Positions 15,231 to 27,836 of a stretch of DNA of 64,000 bases are shown in pieces. A program made the position numbers and the translations under genes. The stretch spans positions 76,074,001-76,138,000 of the forward strand of contig OX597828.1 of assembly GCA_951406725.2 (NCBI GenBank), read 5' to 3'. This DNA comes from Octopus vulgaris (lineage: Eukaryota). How positions within the stretch are numbered: position 1 is the first letter of the stretch; each line of letters starts with the position of its first letter. A model generated the notes under the pieces. The model was not told the DNA's origin and searched no databases. It saw only the letters and a list, made by a program, of their open reading frames with translations.

Positions 15231-15494
15231 TATATATATTTAGACCTATACATATAAAATTAGTGTACATTTAAACTCAAAAAGGGGCAACTTTTAACAG
15301 ACTGCCTTACATGTTAGAAGGAGCAGTCAAAACGTCCAAAACGACATTTAAAAGCAATTTCGAAGGGAATGAAAAATAAAAATTTTTACCATGTTTTTTT
15401 ACACCCAGACCTAGGCTTCGAACTTTAATTAGCAAATAAAATAATTTGCTAGGCGAAGTTATAGACCTATACACAGACGCACACACACACAGAT

Positions 15495-15526
<32 letters not shown>

Positions 15527-15548
15527 ACATACACACACACACATACAC

Positions 15549-15579
<31 letters not shown>

Positions 15580-15865
15580 AGCCGGATTGCATGTTCGTTT
15601 CTCTTTTTGCCATCTGTGATTTTAGTTTTGATCTTCTGTATAAATGAAAATATTTCCTCCCTCTGACTGCTTTTCTCTCTACAAATCGGAACAGTTATTT
15701 TAACGAGTTTTTTTATTTATCATCCGACGAGATACATCTGACGCCACCGGATGCCCCTGAACCAGTTGTTGAGTGTCCAAGCCATGAGGAATCGATGGTA
15801 GATGTGTTAAAACGACATGATTAACAATAAATCCTCGTATATTCCATCTTCTTCATTTGCTTATA

Positions 15866-15912
<47 letters not shown>

Positions 15913-15979
15913 ATAATAAATATTAGAATAAACTATATTTATATATATATATATATATATATTACATACATACATACAT

Positions 15980-16032
<53 letters not shown>

Positions 16033-16102
16033 CACATATGCATGTGTGTTTTTGAGTGTGTATGCATGTGTGTATGAGTGTGTGTGGGTATGTGTGTGTG
16101 CG

Positions 16103-16271
16103 TGTTAAGAAAAATACGATAGACAGGTTGACAGGATTTGGGTAAAAACTATTTATTCAGCGATTTTATCCTTTCAATGGATTCGTCATGAATGGCTGTT
16201 TTATGGTAAATTCATACCTTCTATATAAGTGCGCCTGTCTGTCTGCCTGTCTCCTTTTCTCTGTCGCTCTC

Positions 16272-16324
<53 letters not shown>

Positions 16325-17135
16325 CAGTGACTTCCGGCGTTGGGCATGCAATGAATTTCAGAAAAGAGACAGGTTTTAAAAAAAGGGACCTTGTTTAGAA
16401 GGGGGATTTATATACAGTGATGTGATATGTAAAAATATAAAAGTTGGTTATGCGTGCCTATTAAGACGTGTTTTGTATTTTTCAATGAAAAAAGTTTCTT
16501 TATTTAAGCGTTCTTGTTGAGAAATTGCGTCTTTGCACTGGTAGAAAGGGAAGACTGTGAAATTTGGTTTGATGTTACCTGCACATTTTTCTATGTGTTC
16601 ACCGAGAGGAATTTGTCTGTATTGCGGGAAACGGATTTGCTCCTTATGCAGAGTGATTCTCTTCCTCAAAGTTAAACTCGTTTGTCCAATGTAAAAATGA
16701 CTGCAACCCGAGCAGGTTATTACATAAATTAGGTTCTCAGAGGCACAGGTAAAATTGGTTTTAATTGTGAACATCTGTCCTTGTTTGAAAAGGAAATCCG
16801 AGCCGTCAAGCAGGTTGGGGCAGGTGCTACTGTTCGGGCGTCCACATTTTTCAACCGTTGGTTTCGTGGTTGTTTTGTAAAGCTTCGCATTTGTTTGTAG
16901 TCTCTTTAACGATTTGTCTTGTTTCTTGCATTTGATGAGTTTGCGTGTTTTCAGGATGTCGTTCATTTTTGGATCTCTAGTTAGTAAAGGGAGAGTTTGC
17001 ACAATAGTGTTGAATGCCTCACTGTTTCTGGGGTTGTATGTTGATATAAAAAGTAATGTTTTGGTTTGAGGTGTGGTGCTATGTTTTTTTGTTCTTAGTG
17101 TTTTTGTGTCTAATTGTTTGGCACGTTTAATTCCC
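16103..17135 (-). mobile_element. Penelope-like element (Neptune-like, Cys-rich linker), 5'-truncated
   Basis: GIY-YIG ORF 16448-17002 and a decayed hammerhead at 16155-16193 followed by AATAAA. Confidence 0.85.
16448..17002 (-). pseudogene. Penelope-like GIY-YIG endonuclease domain
   Basis: CGRPNSSTCP..FTCASENLIYVITCSGCSHFYIGQTSLTLRKRITLH..RLNKETFFIEKYKTRLN. Confidence 0.9.
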
Positions 17136-18586
17136 TATAGATTTAAATCAGGCTATAAATAATAGAACGTAAATCCTGGTTTGAAAATCTCTGGATAGAA
17201 AAACCAAAGCTTACCCGTGAGAACCCATATCGCATTTTATATCTATGTTATGTGTGTATATGTATATGTATATACGTATATATGATGCATATATAGGTAT
17301 ATGTAACATATGTATATATCTATAAGCTTGTGTGTATGCGTATGTGTGCATGTGTGTGTGTGTATGTTTGTATCTATATGCATCTGCACCCTGGCACAGA
17401 ATCCTAGTGACAATACCACAGTCTACTGAATCGCTATTTCACTTTCTCACACTCAGAGGAAGAGTAAGTCCCGAAACGTTAGCTTCTTTATTCTTCGCGC
17501 CAATTCCAATCATTCTACTTTCCTTTCGATCTCTTTTATTGGATAATTATTGCCGATAATTCCCCAAACCATTTTCCTTACATTTGAAAATTTTTAATTA
17601 ATTGATTTTCACAAGCCTTATATTTTATTATTCAGCTGTTTATTCAATTAATATATTATATAATGCTTTAATTATTTTATATTTAATTAGGTAATTGATT
17701 TTTAATTACTTAATTAATTGAGGTCTTTGTTATTCTACAATGCTGATTTAAATGTTTTGTTCGTGGTTTGCTGTTTGAAACACCACGCTGGATTCCTTTT
17801 AAATCTCTTTTCATCTAACAAAAGCCAAAAACTGCCCGGATCAGTAAGTTTTCAAATTCATTGATAAACGTCAAATACTGTTTTAAACCAGTGTCTATTT
17901 GAACACACGAAACGTAATTATAGCTGGCAGTGTTTGAGTAAAATGTATCCATTACTCACTGTGGAGTGCTTTTAACCTAGGACCCTAAAAAACGATCGAA
18001 GAATGTAGTAATAGCTGTGAGCAATAGAATGAAAGGGAAAAAGATATAGACTAGGATGAGGTTAGCGGATCGATAAACCATTGACAATATAAGGCAATAA
18101 TTCATTTGTACGTACATCAGCAGTGAAGTTTGAAGGGATAGCATGACATATTCAGTCACGATGTGTGGGTTCGAATCATTCTTTATTATCATTCCGCTGA
18201 AGTGTTTCAAAAAGCAACGCACACAGCAACAAAGAACGACTAATGGAGCTATCTTTCAGATGCTTCCCCGCTTCCGAGATTTGCCCTTTGAACGACACAT
18301 CAGCGCTGCCTATTAAATTATATACAATCTGAAGCCCCGTGAATAGAACTATCGATTGAAGGCCAGGAGTTAATGCCTTGAGGCCTTTCGTTACATCCCT
18401 CTCCATTTTTAGTTCAAATCCCACGACGAAACTTTAATTTTCTTAACCCGGTGTTGAATACAATGAATATCAGAAAGACAATGAGACGCTAATGAATCGA
18501 CTGCGAAACCCGATGCAAGCTTTATTGCAATGTGTAGCGTAGTGTCAATGTGACATATTCAATTACTTTTAATCTGCCTATTTATC

Positions 18587-18623
<37 letters not shown>

Positions 18624-18628
<5 letters not shown>

Positions 18629-19085
18629 GAGAGAGGGGGGCGGTGAATAAATTGTCGTCTAAATTACGCAAAAATGAAAATAACACTGGCATTTCATTTT
18701 AACAGATATATTTACCAAAATTACATGAAATATCTTGAAATTCTAAAGAGTAAAATTTAATCAGTAAAATTGCCTTTGGCTTTAACCATAACCTCCAGTC
18801 GAGTTCGGAATCTCTGGCAACTCTTCTGGACGCTATTCTTGTTTATGTTGGGGAATGATCTCATAATCTTTGCTTTCAGTTTTGACGGTCTCTCGCTCAA
18901 CTGTGCCCCACACATAATAATCAAGGGGGTTGCAGTCTGGGCAGTTAAGTGGCCAGATATTAGGGGTGATGTGGTCCGACAGCCACGAGTAGGTTCTCCT
19001 GCTTCTGTGTCATGGTGCATTTGATAATTATAAAACATATTCGAGAGCCGGAGAAATTATGTCGCATGTTATTTAACATGCCATT
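18624..19085 (-). mobile_element. Tc1/mariner (maT/DD37D-like) transposon remnant with internal deletion
   Basis: WPLNCPDCNPLDYYVWG (WPPNSPDLNP motif) and C-terminal SCQRFRTRLEVMVKAKGNF; terminus TA|CAG at 18622-18626. Confidence 0.8.
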
Positions 19086-20029
19086 ACAAACACGCCACCT
19101 TCCACACACACACATTCACTAGCATCTCCCCATGCACAGCCTCTTGTTTTCCCTCTTCACACGTACCGGCACCTGCATCTCAACCTCCACCCTTACACGC
19201 GCAACAGCAAGTACACAATCACACCACCGCTGCTCAACTCTTACCACTTTTGCCACTTCTATTCCACCAAACACCGGTATCCATGAGGGGAAACCGAACT
19301 TCGTCCAACAAATCACACGCACACACACATACATACAAGGTTACATGCACACACAAATACGCATATACACACGCACAAATACTGAATATATGCATGCCCA
19401 CATGAGCTTCATGTACACACACATACTTCGTTCTTCGTACACATGCACTAGCTGGCCAAAGGGGCACACACTGGGTCACACGCATAAAGAAGCAATATAC
19501 ACGCACACAACAGTGTATTCACACACATTCACACACACACATACTCACACACACACATGCTCACACACACACACACTCACACACATGTCTCATAGTATCT
19601 GGCACAAACATATAATCACGAAATAATAACACACATACGCACACATGCTCAACGCACAGAGTAACCAAACATATAATAACTTCATACACACACGCTCGTA
19701 GAAACACACACACAAACATACACACACACGCGCGCGAACACGTCTCATAGCCTCAAACACACGCATAAGTCACATAGCCTCACACACTCGTACACGCGTA
19801 CACCTATTCACAAACTCACACGCGCAAATATTGTTTTTTATGCATATACATACACGCACACACATGCACACGCACTCATTAGCTTCACACACACACACAC
19901 GTACACGCACACCTCTTTGCACACACACGTACACACATGCCGGGCCACAGCTGTCCCCCCTTGCGACCCCCTCCTCAAGCCAATGTCTTTGTCCTCCAGT
20001 CATATCAGCCTGCGTTGACCGTTTAATTC

Positions 20030-20190
20030 AGACTCGGGGTTTTTTTCTCTATTCTTTTTTTCTCCATAACTATTCTTTCTGTAGAAGAGCCTAGACTCGA
20101 AACATTAATGAACCCTTTCATTTTCTATGAGCGTCAAACTAATACACCTTGCTTGTTGCTCTATCACTTTGTTGTTGTTCTTTTTAACCA
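20030..20190 (+). mobile_element. Penelope-like terminus with variant hammerhead-like core; homolog of 40529-40713
   Basis: ctttctgtagaagagc..ctcgaaac..ctatgagcgtcaaactaataca aligns with the reverse complement of 40590-40660. Confidence 0.55.
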
Positions 20191-20974
20191 TGTATGTATG
20201 TATGTATGTATGTATGTATGTATGTATGTATGTATGTGCGTATGCATGTATGTATGTATGTATGTATGTATGTATATTTCAATATTTCTTGGCAATGAAG
20301 AACGGGTTTCTAACTTAGACCCAAGGATCTATCATTGGAATTTCAACATCAACAGGGTACTTCTGTATGTATGTATGTATGTATGTATGTATGTATGTAT
20401 GTATGTATGTATGTATGTATGTATGTATGTATGTATGTATGTATGTATATATGTATGTATGTAGGTATGTTTGTAGGTATGTATGTATCTATGTATGTAT
20501 GTATATATGTATGTGCAGATTTATGTTTCGCGCATATATGTATGTATACATACATGCATGTCTGCATGTATATGTATGTACGTATGCAAGGGTGTATGAA
20601 TGCATGTATGTGTAATATTTAGGTTTTCATTTTCACCACGAATGTTAGCTTTTCGTCCCATACACAAACATTCATAGATATTCTTTTAATACTGTGAGGG
20701 GGTAATAATTCATCTTTAACATTTTCGGTTTATATATCCCAAAGGAAGCAAAATATTTAATTCTTTGAGATCACCAGTGTGTAAGAGTTGCAATGCTTAA
20801 ATCGGCTGTTAAGAGGATTGTCTCCAAGACAAACAACTGTTTGTACACTCACTTGAAAATATGCAGTTCTTATTCTTGCCATTTTAAAAATGTTATGACA
20901 GTGATTTTCAATTTCTTTGACTTTTGGCACGCATGAAATGAAATAAAACAATTTTTCGCACACTGAAGATGAAA

Positions 20975-21125
20975 AGCTAAGAGTTACTGGTACACTGCGC
21001 ACAGGAAATTAAAAGTTCATGTGACTCTGTGCATAGGAAGTTAAGAATTACTGGACACTATGCATGGGTAGTTGAAGATTGATGGTACACTGCCTGCCGC
21101 AAGTTAATTGATAAATGACACAATA
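20975..21125. repeat. Degenerate 31-32 bp minisatellite, about 5 units
   Basis: aagctaagagttactggtacactgcgcacagg / aaattaaaagttcatgtgactctgtgcatagg / aagttaagaattactggacactatgcatggg / tagttgaagattgatggtacactgcctgccgc. Confidence 0.7.
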
Positions 21126-21289
21126 TTTTCAATTGAAAATCACCGAGACAAGTGGATAAGTTTAAGCATCACATATCCGTAGCCATGAACGGTAGAAGGC
21201 AGAAGGTTGGATTGAATTCTAGAACTATATGTGCTAGCACATAAATGCACCATCCCCTGCATCTGATCCTGAGAAGAGGAAAGATTTGA

Positions 21290-21765
21290 TCAAAAAGAAA
21301 AGGGCTAACTCGTTATTTAAATTAGGCTTTTTGTGCGTATCATAACCTATGTTCACCTATGGCCAAGATAGTTTGGTAATACAAATGGCCTATATGGGGT
21401 TATTCAGAAGGGCCTCGGGAGTAACACTACTACGCAGAGGAAGTAAAAGGGAGATTAGGGAGTCAGTCCAGGTCGAGCCGCTTCTTTTCTGCATTGAGAA
21501 ATCACAGCTCCGATACTACGGACATACAATGGGAATGTTGCCGGAAATAATCGCAACACGGATTCTTCAAGACCAAGCAACTCGCAGGAGACTTACATAT
21601 ACACCAGTAACGAGATGGTTGGAGAATCGCCATAGTCTCGATTCGTCACGCTTGAGAAACCTGCCGGAAAGGCTAATGACTGTTGCTTCTTATGCAAGAG
21701 GGGCTGAGAGCTCTATTCCTAAAATGCTCCCAGGAATTATGGGAGAAGAAGATGGTTGGAATCCA
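21290..21765 (+). mobile_element. RTE-clade LINE 3' fragment, old
   Basis: MGLFRRASGVTL..EIRESVQVEPLLFCIEKSQLRYYGH..TRWLE matches the RTE C-terminal pattern (LRRIxG..IRE..EPL..QLRWFGH..RW). Confidence 0.82.
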
Positions 21766-22522
21766 TAAAATGTCTTTGATCATAAGTATGTTCAATATGA
21801 CCTAAATTGGAGCTAAAGAATACACAACAACAATGAAACCCACGGAGATGTAAACCTGCAGAAATATATTTTGATTTCCTTGCATCCCCCTCTACTCTAT
21901 TTCGAAAGCCCTTATTATTTCTTGGTCGACTTCTCGGTATTACTATTGTTGCGGTTTAGCCCCAGGCCATCCCTGATCGAGCAGACGGATGATTACTGAT
22001 ATTCCACCAAACGACTATTTACTATGAAATTATGTAATATGTGTGCTATAGGTCCGGTTGAGGTTTATAGCAATCCGAGTGACAACACAGAGGCTCCTTC
22101 CTTGGTTGAAGGCAATAACTGTGTCAAACATGGCGACATACTGATTCTACCATTCTTTGATTCAGGCAGGTCTCGTGATGGCGTCGTGGCATATTACATC
22201 GAGGAGACATTCGCCGAAGCGGGTCATGGTGTTAAACAAGATGACACATCAAGTCAGCTTCTCTCTCTTTCTTGTAATTGTTGTTGTTTTAAGTCGACTA
22301 ACGTATTAATCCTGCTGTTCTGCGGCTCGTCATTAATAAATTTCTCTCCCGAAGAAGGACGCCATATTGAATGTTGGGTATGGATCCAGTGACAGTTGGC
22401 CTTTAAGAAATCAGATATCGAGGATTAACAAACACTCAGATTAACACGCTGATTATTAATTAACTTATAAATCAGTAAAGAAAGATTTAAATCTAAATCA
22501 CAAGCGCAATAAAAGTGAATGG

Positions 22523-22698
22523 TTCTTCTTCTTCTTCTTCTTCTTCTTCTTCTTCTTCTTCTTCTTCTTCTTCTTCTTCTTCTTCGTCTTCTTCTTCTTC
22601 TTCTTCTTCTTCTTCTTCTTCTTCTTCTTCTTCTTCTTCTTCTTCTTCTTCTTCTTCTTCTTCTTCTTCTTCTTCTTCTTCTTCTTCTTCTTCTTCTT
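22523..22698. repeat. (CTT)n microsatellite
   Basis: Directly visible; source of the poly-E/K/S/L ORFs. Confidence 0.97.
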
Positions 22699-22999
22699 TT
22701 CCTTCGAAGTCTCCTCCTCCTCCCCTCCCCTCCCTACTCCTTGTTTTTCCTCTTTTTTTATGTGCATATGATTTTATTTTTGTTTCAGTTTTATAAGATC
22801 TTGAAGGCACTTGACGAATGAAATACACCCTCGCCATTATCCTCATCGTCATCACAATCATATCATGATCGTCATCGTCACCATCATCCTCATCATCAGG
22901 AGCAGCAGCAGTAAATATGTGCCACTATCGTTTTCTTCGAAATTGTCACTATCGAGATTCTTACATCGTCTACACTACCACCACCATTGTCGAGTTACT

Positions 23000-23060
<61 letters not shown>

Positions 23061-24337
23061 CTATCATCATCACCATCGACATCGCTATCATCATATTTTA
23101 ATGTTTCTTTTAATTTAACTTTAATAATTTTCAGTAGTTTATTATTATTATTTATTTATTTCTCTTTTGTCGTTGTTTTTAATTAAACTCAAGAAAGAAA
23201 GAAAGAAAGAAAGAAAGAATCTTTTGTTTTTGTGAGTGACACAAGCTATAAAAGATAACGGAAATGGTTAACCAAAATTCTATAGTGAAATAGAAACAGG
23301 CGTAAAAATAAACACATATACATTAATATGAGAGAAAAACGAAGAGAAAAGCATGTTGGAGAATGAAGTATGGAAGGAAAGGGAAAAAGGGGAAACAACA
23401 ACGATCCATAGAAACTTTGGAAATAACTAAATAAATATGAACAAATTTATTAAGATGTCAATTTTTCAGAATATTTTATTGAAATCTTCAGGAGGACGAT
23501 AATCTCAAGGCAGTTATTTAATTTAGAATTGATTTAAAAATCTGGACAGATCTGGCTGTGTTGGTTTTTGCTGTTGTTGTTGTAGACAATATATTAAATA
23601 TAACCTTAAGTGTCTGGTTTATTATTTTTATGTTGTTGTTGTTGTTGTTGTTGTTACTATTACAACAACAAGAACAAAAACAACTGCTACTACAATTATT
23701 ATTAATATCTATATAATTAATTATTATTTCTGTTTTCATTATGTATTGAGTAGAATTATTGCTATCAACATCACCATCATCATCATCGTCATCATCCCCA
23801 TCCTTCACCTCCTTCTCCTCCTCATCATTCTCATCATTACAATTATTAATATTATTATCATTGATAGTCTTCTTATTGTTATTGATATTATTATCATTAT
23901 TATTGATATTATTATTATTATTGTTATTATTGTTGTTGTTGTTATAGATTTATTATTATTATTTTTATATTTCTCCGTTTGATGAACACATTATAGATAT
24001 TAGATTATTAATAAGTAACAGGTAACATTCTAATGGTTATCTACAAATAAGTAAATTGATAAATATATATGTATCAATATATATATATAGGATTGTGGAA
24101 AATACCGGGTACTTAAATGGTGTGCACCAAGTTGGGTTCATTTAACCTGTAAGCACCATTCTCAGTCCGATCCATTTGCTTCGTAAATCCATTTGCTTCG
24201 TATTTAGGTTGTGCACACAGAAAAAAATCCACCGGTAGGAGTATTTAACGCCCAGAGGCTGGCCGAAATCTCATGTTGTGTACATCACACGGCGTTTGGT
24301 ACACTCTAGATAGTCCGACGGGTAGCAAATCCCTTTG

Positions 24338-24405
<68 letters not shown>

Positions 24406-24519
24406 GTATGTATATATGTATATGATGCATCTAAGCTAATGCCGAATAGAAAGAAGAAAGGCCATAGAATTGAAAGAAGAGAACTTCATGAAAATGACAT
24501 AATAACAATTCTTTTAACT

Positions 24520-25112
24520 ACAGGCGGGAATGGAATGTCGATTATATCAACACCAATGCTCAACTCGAACTTATTTTATCAATACCGAAAGAATGAAAGG
24601 CGAGGACGGCCTCGGTAGCATTTGAACTCAAAACGTAGACAGACAAAATGCCGTTAAGTATTTCATCTGGCGAGTTAACGGTTCTCATTTTTCGACTTCT
24701 GGCAAAAAGCCTGATATTAGGGGCGGAGGGTAAAATCAATTACATCGACCCTAGTACGTTAATGTTACATCTTGTTCTCGACCCCGAAAAAGATGAAAGG
24801 TGAAGTTGAATATGGCAATATCTGAATTCAAGATCCTTTTGTCCGCTAACGATTCTGCAAGCTCGCCGCCTTGATTACGACAACAATAGCAGCAACAACA
24901 ACCACAATGTCAACAATAATAATCTTTACTGCTACCTGCACAACACCTGAAATGTTAATTACACCGACTCAAGTTCTTATCTGGAACCTACGTCAGTAAA
25001 ACCCGAAACGATGAAAGACAAAATCGACTTCGACGGCATTTGAACTCAGACAGATGAAATGCTGCTAAGCATTTTGTCCGCCGTGCTAACGATTCTGCCA
25101 GCTCGTCGCCTT
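24520..25112 (-). mobile_element. Cluster of about three degenerate Nin-domain SINEs
   Basis: Repeated atttgaactca, gatgaaagg and gctaacgattctgc.agctcg.cgcctt (reverse complement of the SINE head and core). Confidence 0.7.
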
Positions 25113-26163
25113 AATAATAATAACATCATCATCAACAACAACAACAACATCAACAATAATAATGATTATCGTGTAAATAAGTTGAAGACGACGACGACGA
25201 CGATGTTAATGATGACGCCGATGATGACGAAGATGCTAATAACGACGTTGTTGAACGAAAAGATTCCATGTAATAAATCAACAGAACCTATAATTTGCTA
25301 ATGGATGACATATTTCTGGGGCAATTATGTCTAACGATCGCTGGACCCAATTTCAAGGCATCGCCGCTTAAAGTTTCAAGAAATATGGCCACATGAATTA
25401 TTTTACGTTAAAGCACAAACAAGTCTGAAATTTTAGGAATGAAACAATTATGAAGATGACAATGGGATAATAAAATTTCATAATAATAGAAATTAGTTTA
25501 AAGATAATAGAAATAAAAATAATAAAAAAACATAACAAATAATAACGATGATAATGATGATGTTGATAATTATGCTGACGATAATGGTAATAATGATGAT
25601 GATAATGATGACAACAAAAACAACAACAACAATAATAATAAAAATAATAGTAATAATAATAATAATAACAATTTCTGTTCTTTGTAAGAATCTTGAGAAG
25701 AACAATAGTTGAAGTGGGGTAAGATCATTTTAGTCAATTTGTCATATTTTATATTTTCATAAGTGAATGACATAATTGGCGGGAAGCATATTAGCTTCTC
25801 CTTGACATGAACGTTTCTCAAATCTGATTGGCTGACAGCTGTAGATGTCGTTAATTGTTTTCTGTGTAGATGGCTCAATGTAACAAATGGGTAATCGATC
25901 GGTACCACAACGTTCTCCGCTCAACTTTACAACTGAATTCCTATATTTATTCTTTGGATAAAGGCGCAGGCGTGTCTGTGCGGTAAGAAGCTTGCTTCCC
26001 AACCGCCTGGATCCAGTTTAAGTCTCACTGCATCTCTACTTGAGTAAGTGTCTTCTGCTATGACCCCGGGCCGTCTAAAGCCTTGTTAGTGGATTCGGTT
26101 GATGGAAACTGAAGCAAACCCGTCATATGCATATGTATATATATATATATATGTATGTATGTA

Positions 26164-26208
<45 letters not shown>

Positions 26209-26210
<2 letters not shown>

Positions 26211-26507
26211 TTAAATCCTTAAAAATGTTTTAGCCCGAAGGCCACGGCCATGCTGGGGCACCACCGCTGAATGAGCTACACTAATTTGTGAATCCACCTC
26301 TGATACGTGGCAGTTGATCAACAAGGGAGTTCGATGCTGCTGCCCGCATCCGCGTCTCCTGTCGTGAGGTAGGTTCATCTGGGACTCCCAACAAGAAGAG
26401 ATCCAGTTTAGTTTTAAAAAACCCACATCCACACCATGTAAGTCTCTCAGGCATTTAGGGAGGATGTTAAAGAGCTGTGGTCCTCTGAAACCCAAGCTGT
26501 TGCAGAT
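26209..26507 (-). mobile_element. CR1-group LINE 3' end
   Basis: CNSLGFRGPQLFNILPKCLRDL, frameshift, KLDLFLLGVPDEP..AASNSLVDQ; 3' tail ggtggtgccccagcatggcc. Confidence 0.8.
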
Positions 26508-26561
26508 GATGCCTTCTAGTATCTCGAAATTTAATATACAATTATTCATAATTGTAGTGTT

Positions 26562-26650
26562 CTACGCTGATGAGAAAAGAAGTTGGGTAAGACATGATTA
26601 TCTAATTCTTATGCTTTCCTAAAACTTAATTTCGAAACGTACGTCCGTAG
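26562..26650 (+). ncRNA. Type I hammerhead motif with 60-nt extended stem II (canonical core)
   Basis: CTACG-CTGATGA-[GAAA.AAGTT...AACTT.TTTC]-GAAA-CGTACG-TC-CGTAG; perfect 5-bp stem I, GUC triplet, palindromic stem III. Confidence 0.82.
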
Positions 26651-27788
26651 GTGACTTAAAATTGTATGATAGATTGCCGTCATTTCATTCTCTCTTACCT
26701 GTCTGTGTTTGCCTTTCAAGTGCTGTGTTTTTACTGAGATCTCCCTTTTAGTAGAAAGAAAAGCTATAACTCTTTGACTGCTATTTCTAAATTCGGTGTG
26801 TGGTGAGGCAATTCGTTGCTAAACCCTTAATTACTTAGTATATATGCATATATATATATATATACATACATATATATATATATATACACATATATATATG
26901 TGTGTGTATGTGTGTCTTTGTGTCTGTTTGGCCCCTACCACCACTTGACAACCAATGTTGGTGTGTTTCACGTCCCCGTAACTTAGCCGATCGGCAAAAG
27001 GAGAGCGATAGCATAAGCACTTGACTTTAAAAAAGTAGCCTTCAGGGTAGCACCCCAGCATGGCCGAGGTCCAATAACTGAGACAAATAAAAGATAAAAT
27101 TGAAAAGACATTTTTAGTCAAAGTGATCCTTTGTCTCAGGTCTCGAAACTTTCCCATTTGTTGAGGGAACGAGCCTTTTGTTTCTATCCCCAACAGAACT
27201 GTTTACACCCGGCAATGGCCCTGCAAATATCTGAAGCCCTGACTGTTCACATCGTACAAAAGTACATCCTATGATATCTAAGCCTTCCGTACCTTCGCTT
27301 GCGTCTGATCCGATGATGGACGCACCCTACTGAGTTTCCACTTGCTATTATCTCAGCAGCCATACCAGCACACAGCGGAAGAACCTTAGATAACGTAATC
27401 TGGTATGTGACGGGATGGTCACGGCTGAATTGTCACATCATTTATCATATGCATCTTCAATCAGCGAACTATTACATCTTACAGCTGAGTTAAGTGTAAT
27501 TCATGATGACAGCAGCATCAGCCACCCTTTTTCTACCCGCCTCACTTCCTCCAATTCAGAAGAGCACGGGAGTCGTTTTAGCATTTTAAATTTGAAATAT
27601 GCAGTAAATATGAAGGGGAAATGTGCATTCCGTTTTTATGCCTTCCAATCGATATTAGACGATTGTTGCTAGGGAGATGATTAGACATAAATATCACTGA
27701 CTAATTATACTTTTGTCACCAGAGATGCGTGTGAGTAAAAGTGTGTGTATACATATGTTTGTGCTTGTGTGTGTGTGTGTGTGGGTGG

Positions 27789-27836
<48 letters not shown>

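Larger units (their letters stand above)
25962..27095 (+). mobile_element. tRNA-derived SINE split at its internal (TA)n by nested insertions
   Basis: Head 25962-26130 and tail about 26900-27095 each match the uninterrupted copy at 4862-5340. Confidence 0.78.

Noticed and set aside
15718-15775. CCGACGA..GAAC-CAGTTG hammerhead-like trace
   Set aside because: Too many core and stem mismatches to call.
17450-17485. CAGAGGA..GAAACGTT hammerhead-like trace
   Set aside because: Stem II does not pair convincingly; at most a decayed PLE end.
22024-22392. 122-aa non-repetitive ORF
   Set aside because: No recognisable motif or splice structure; within chance length.
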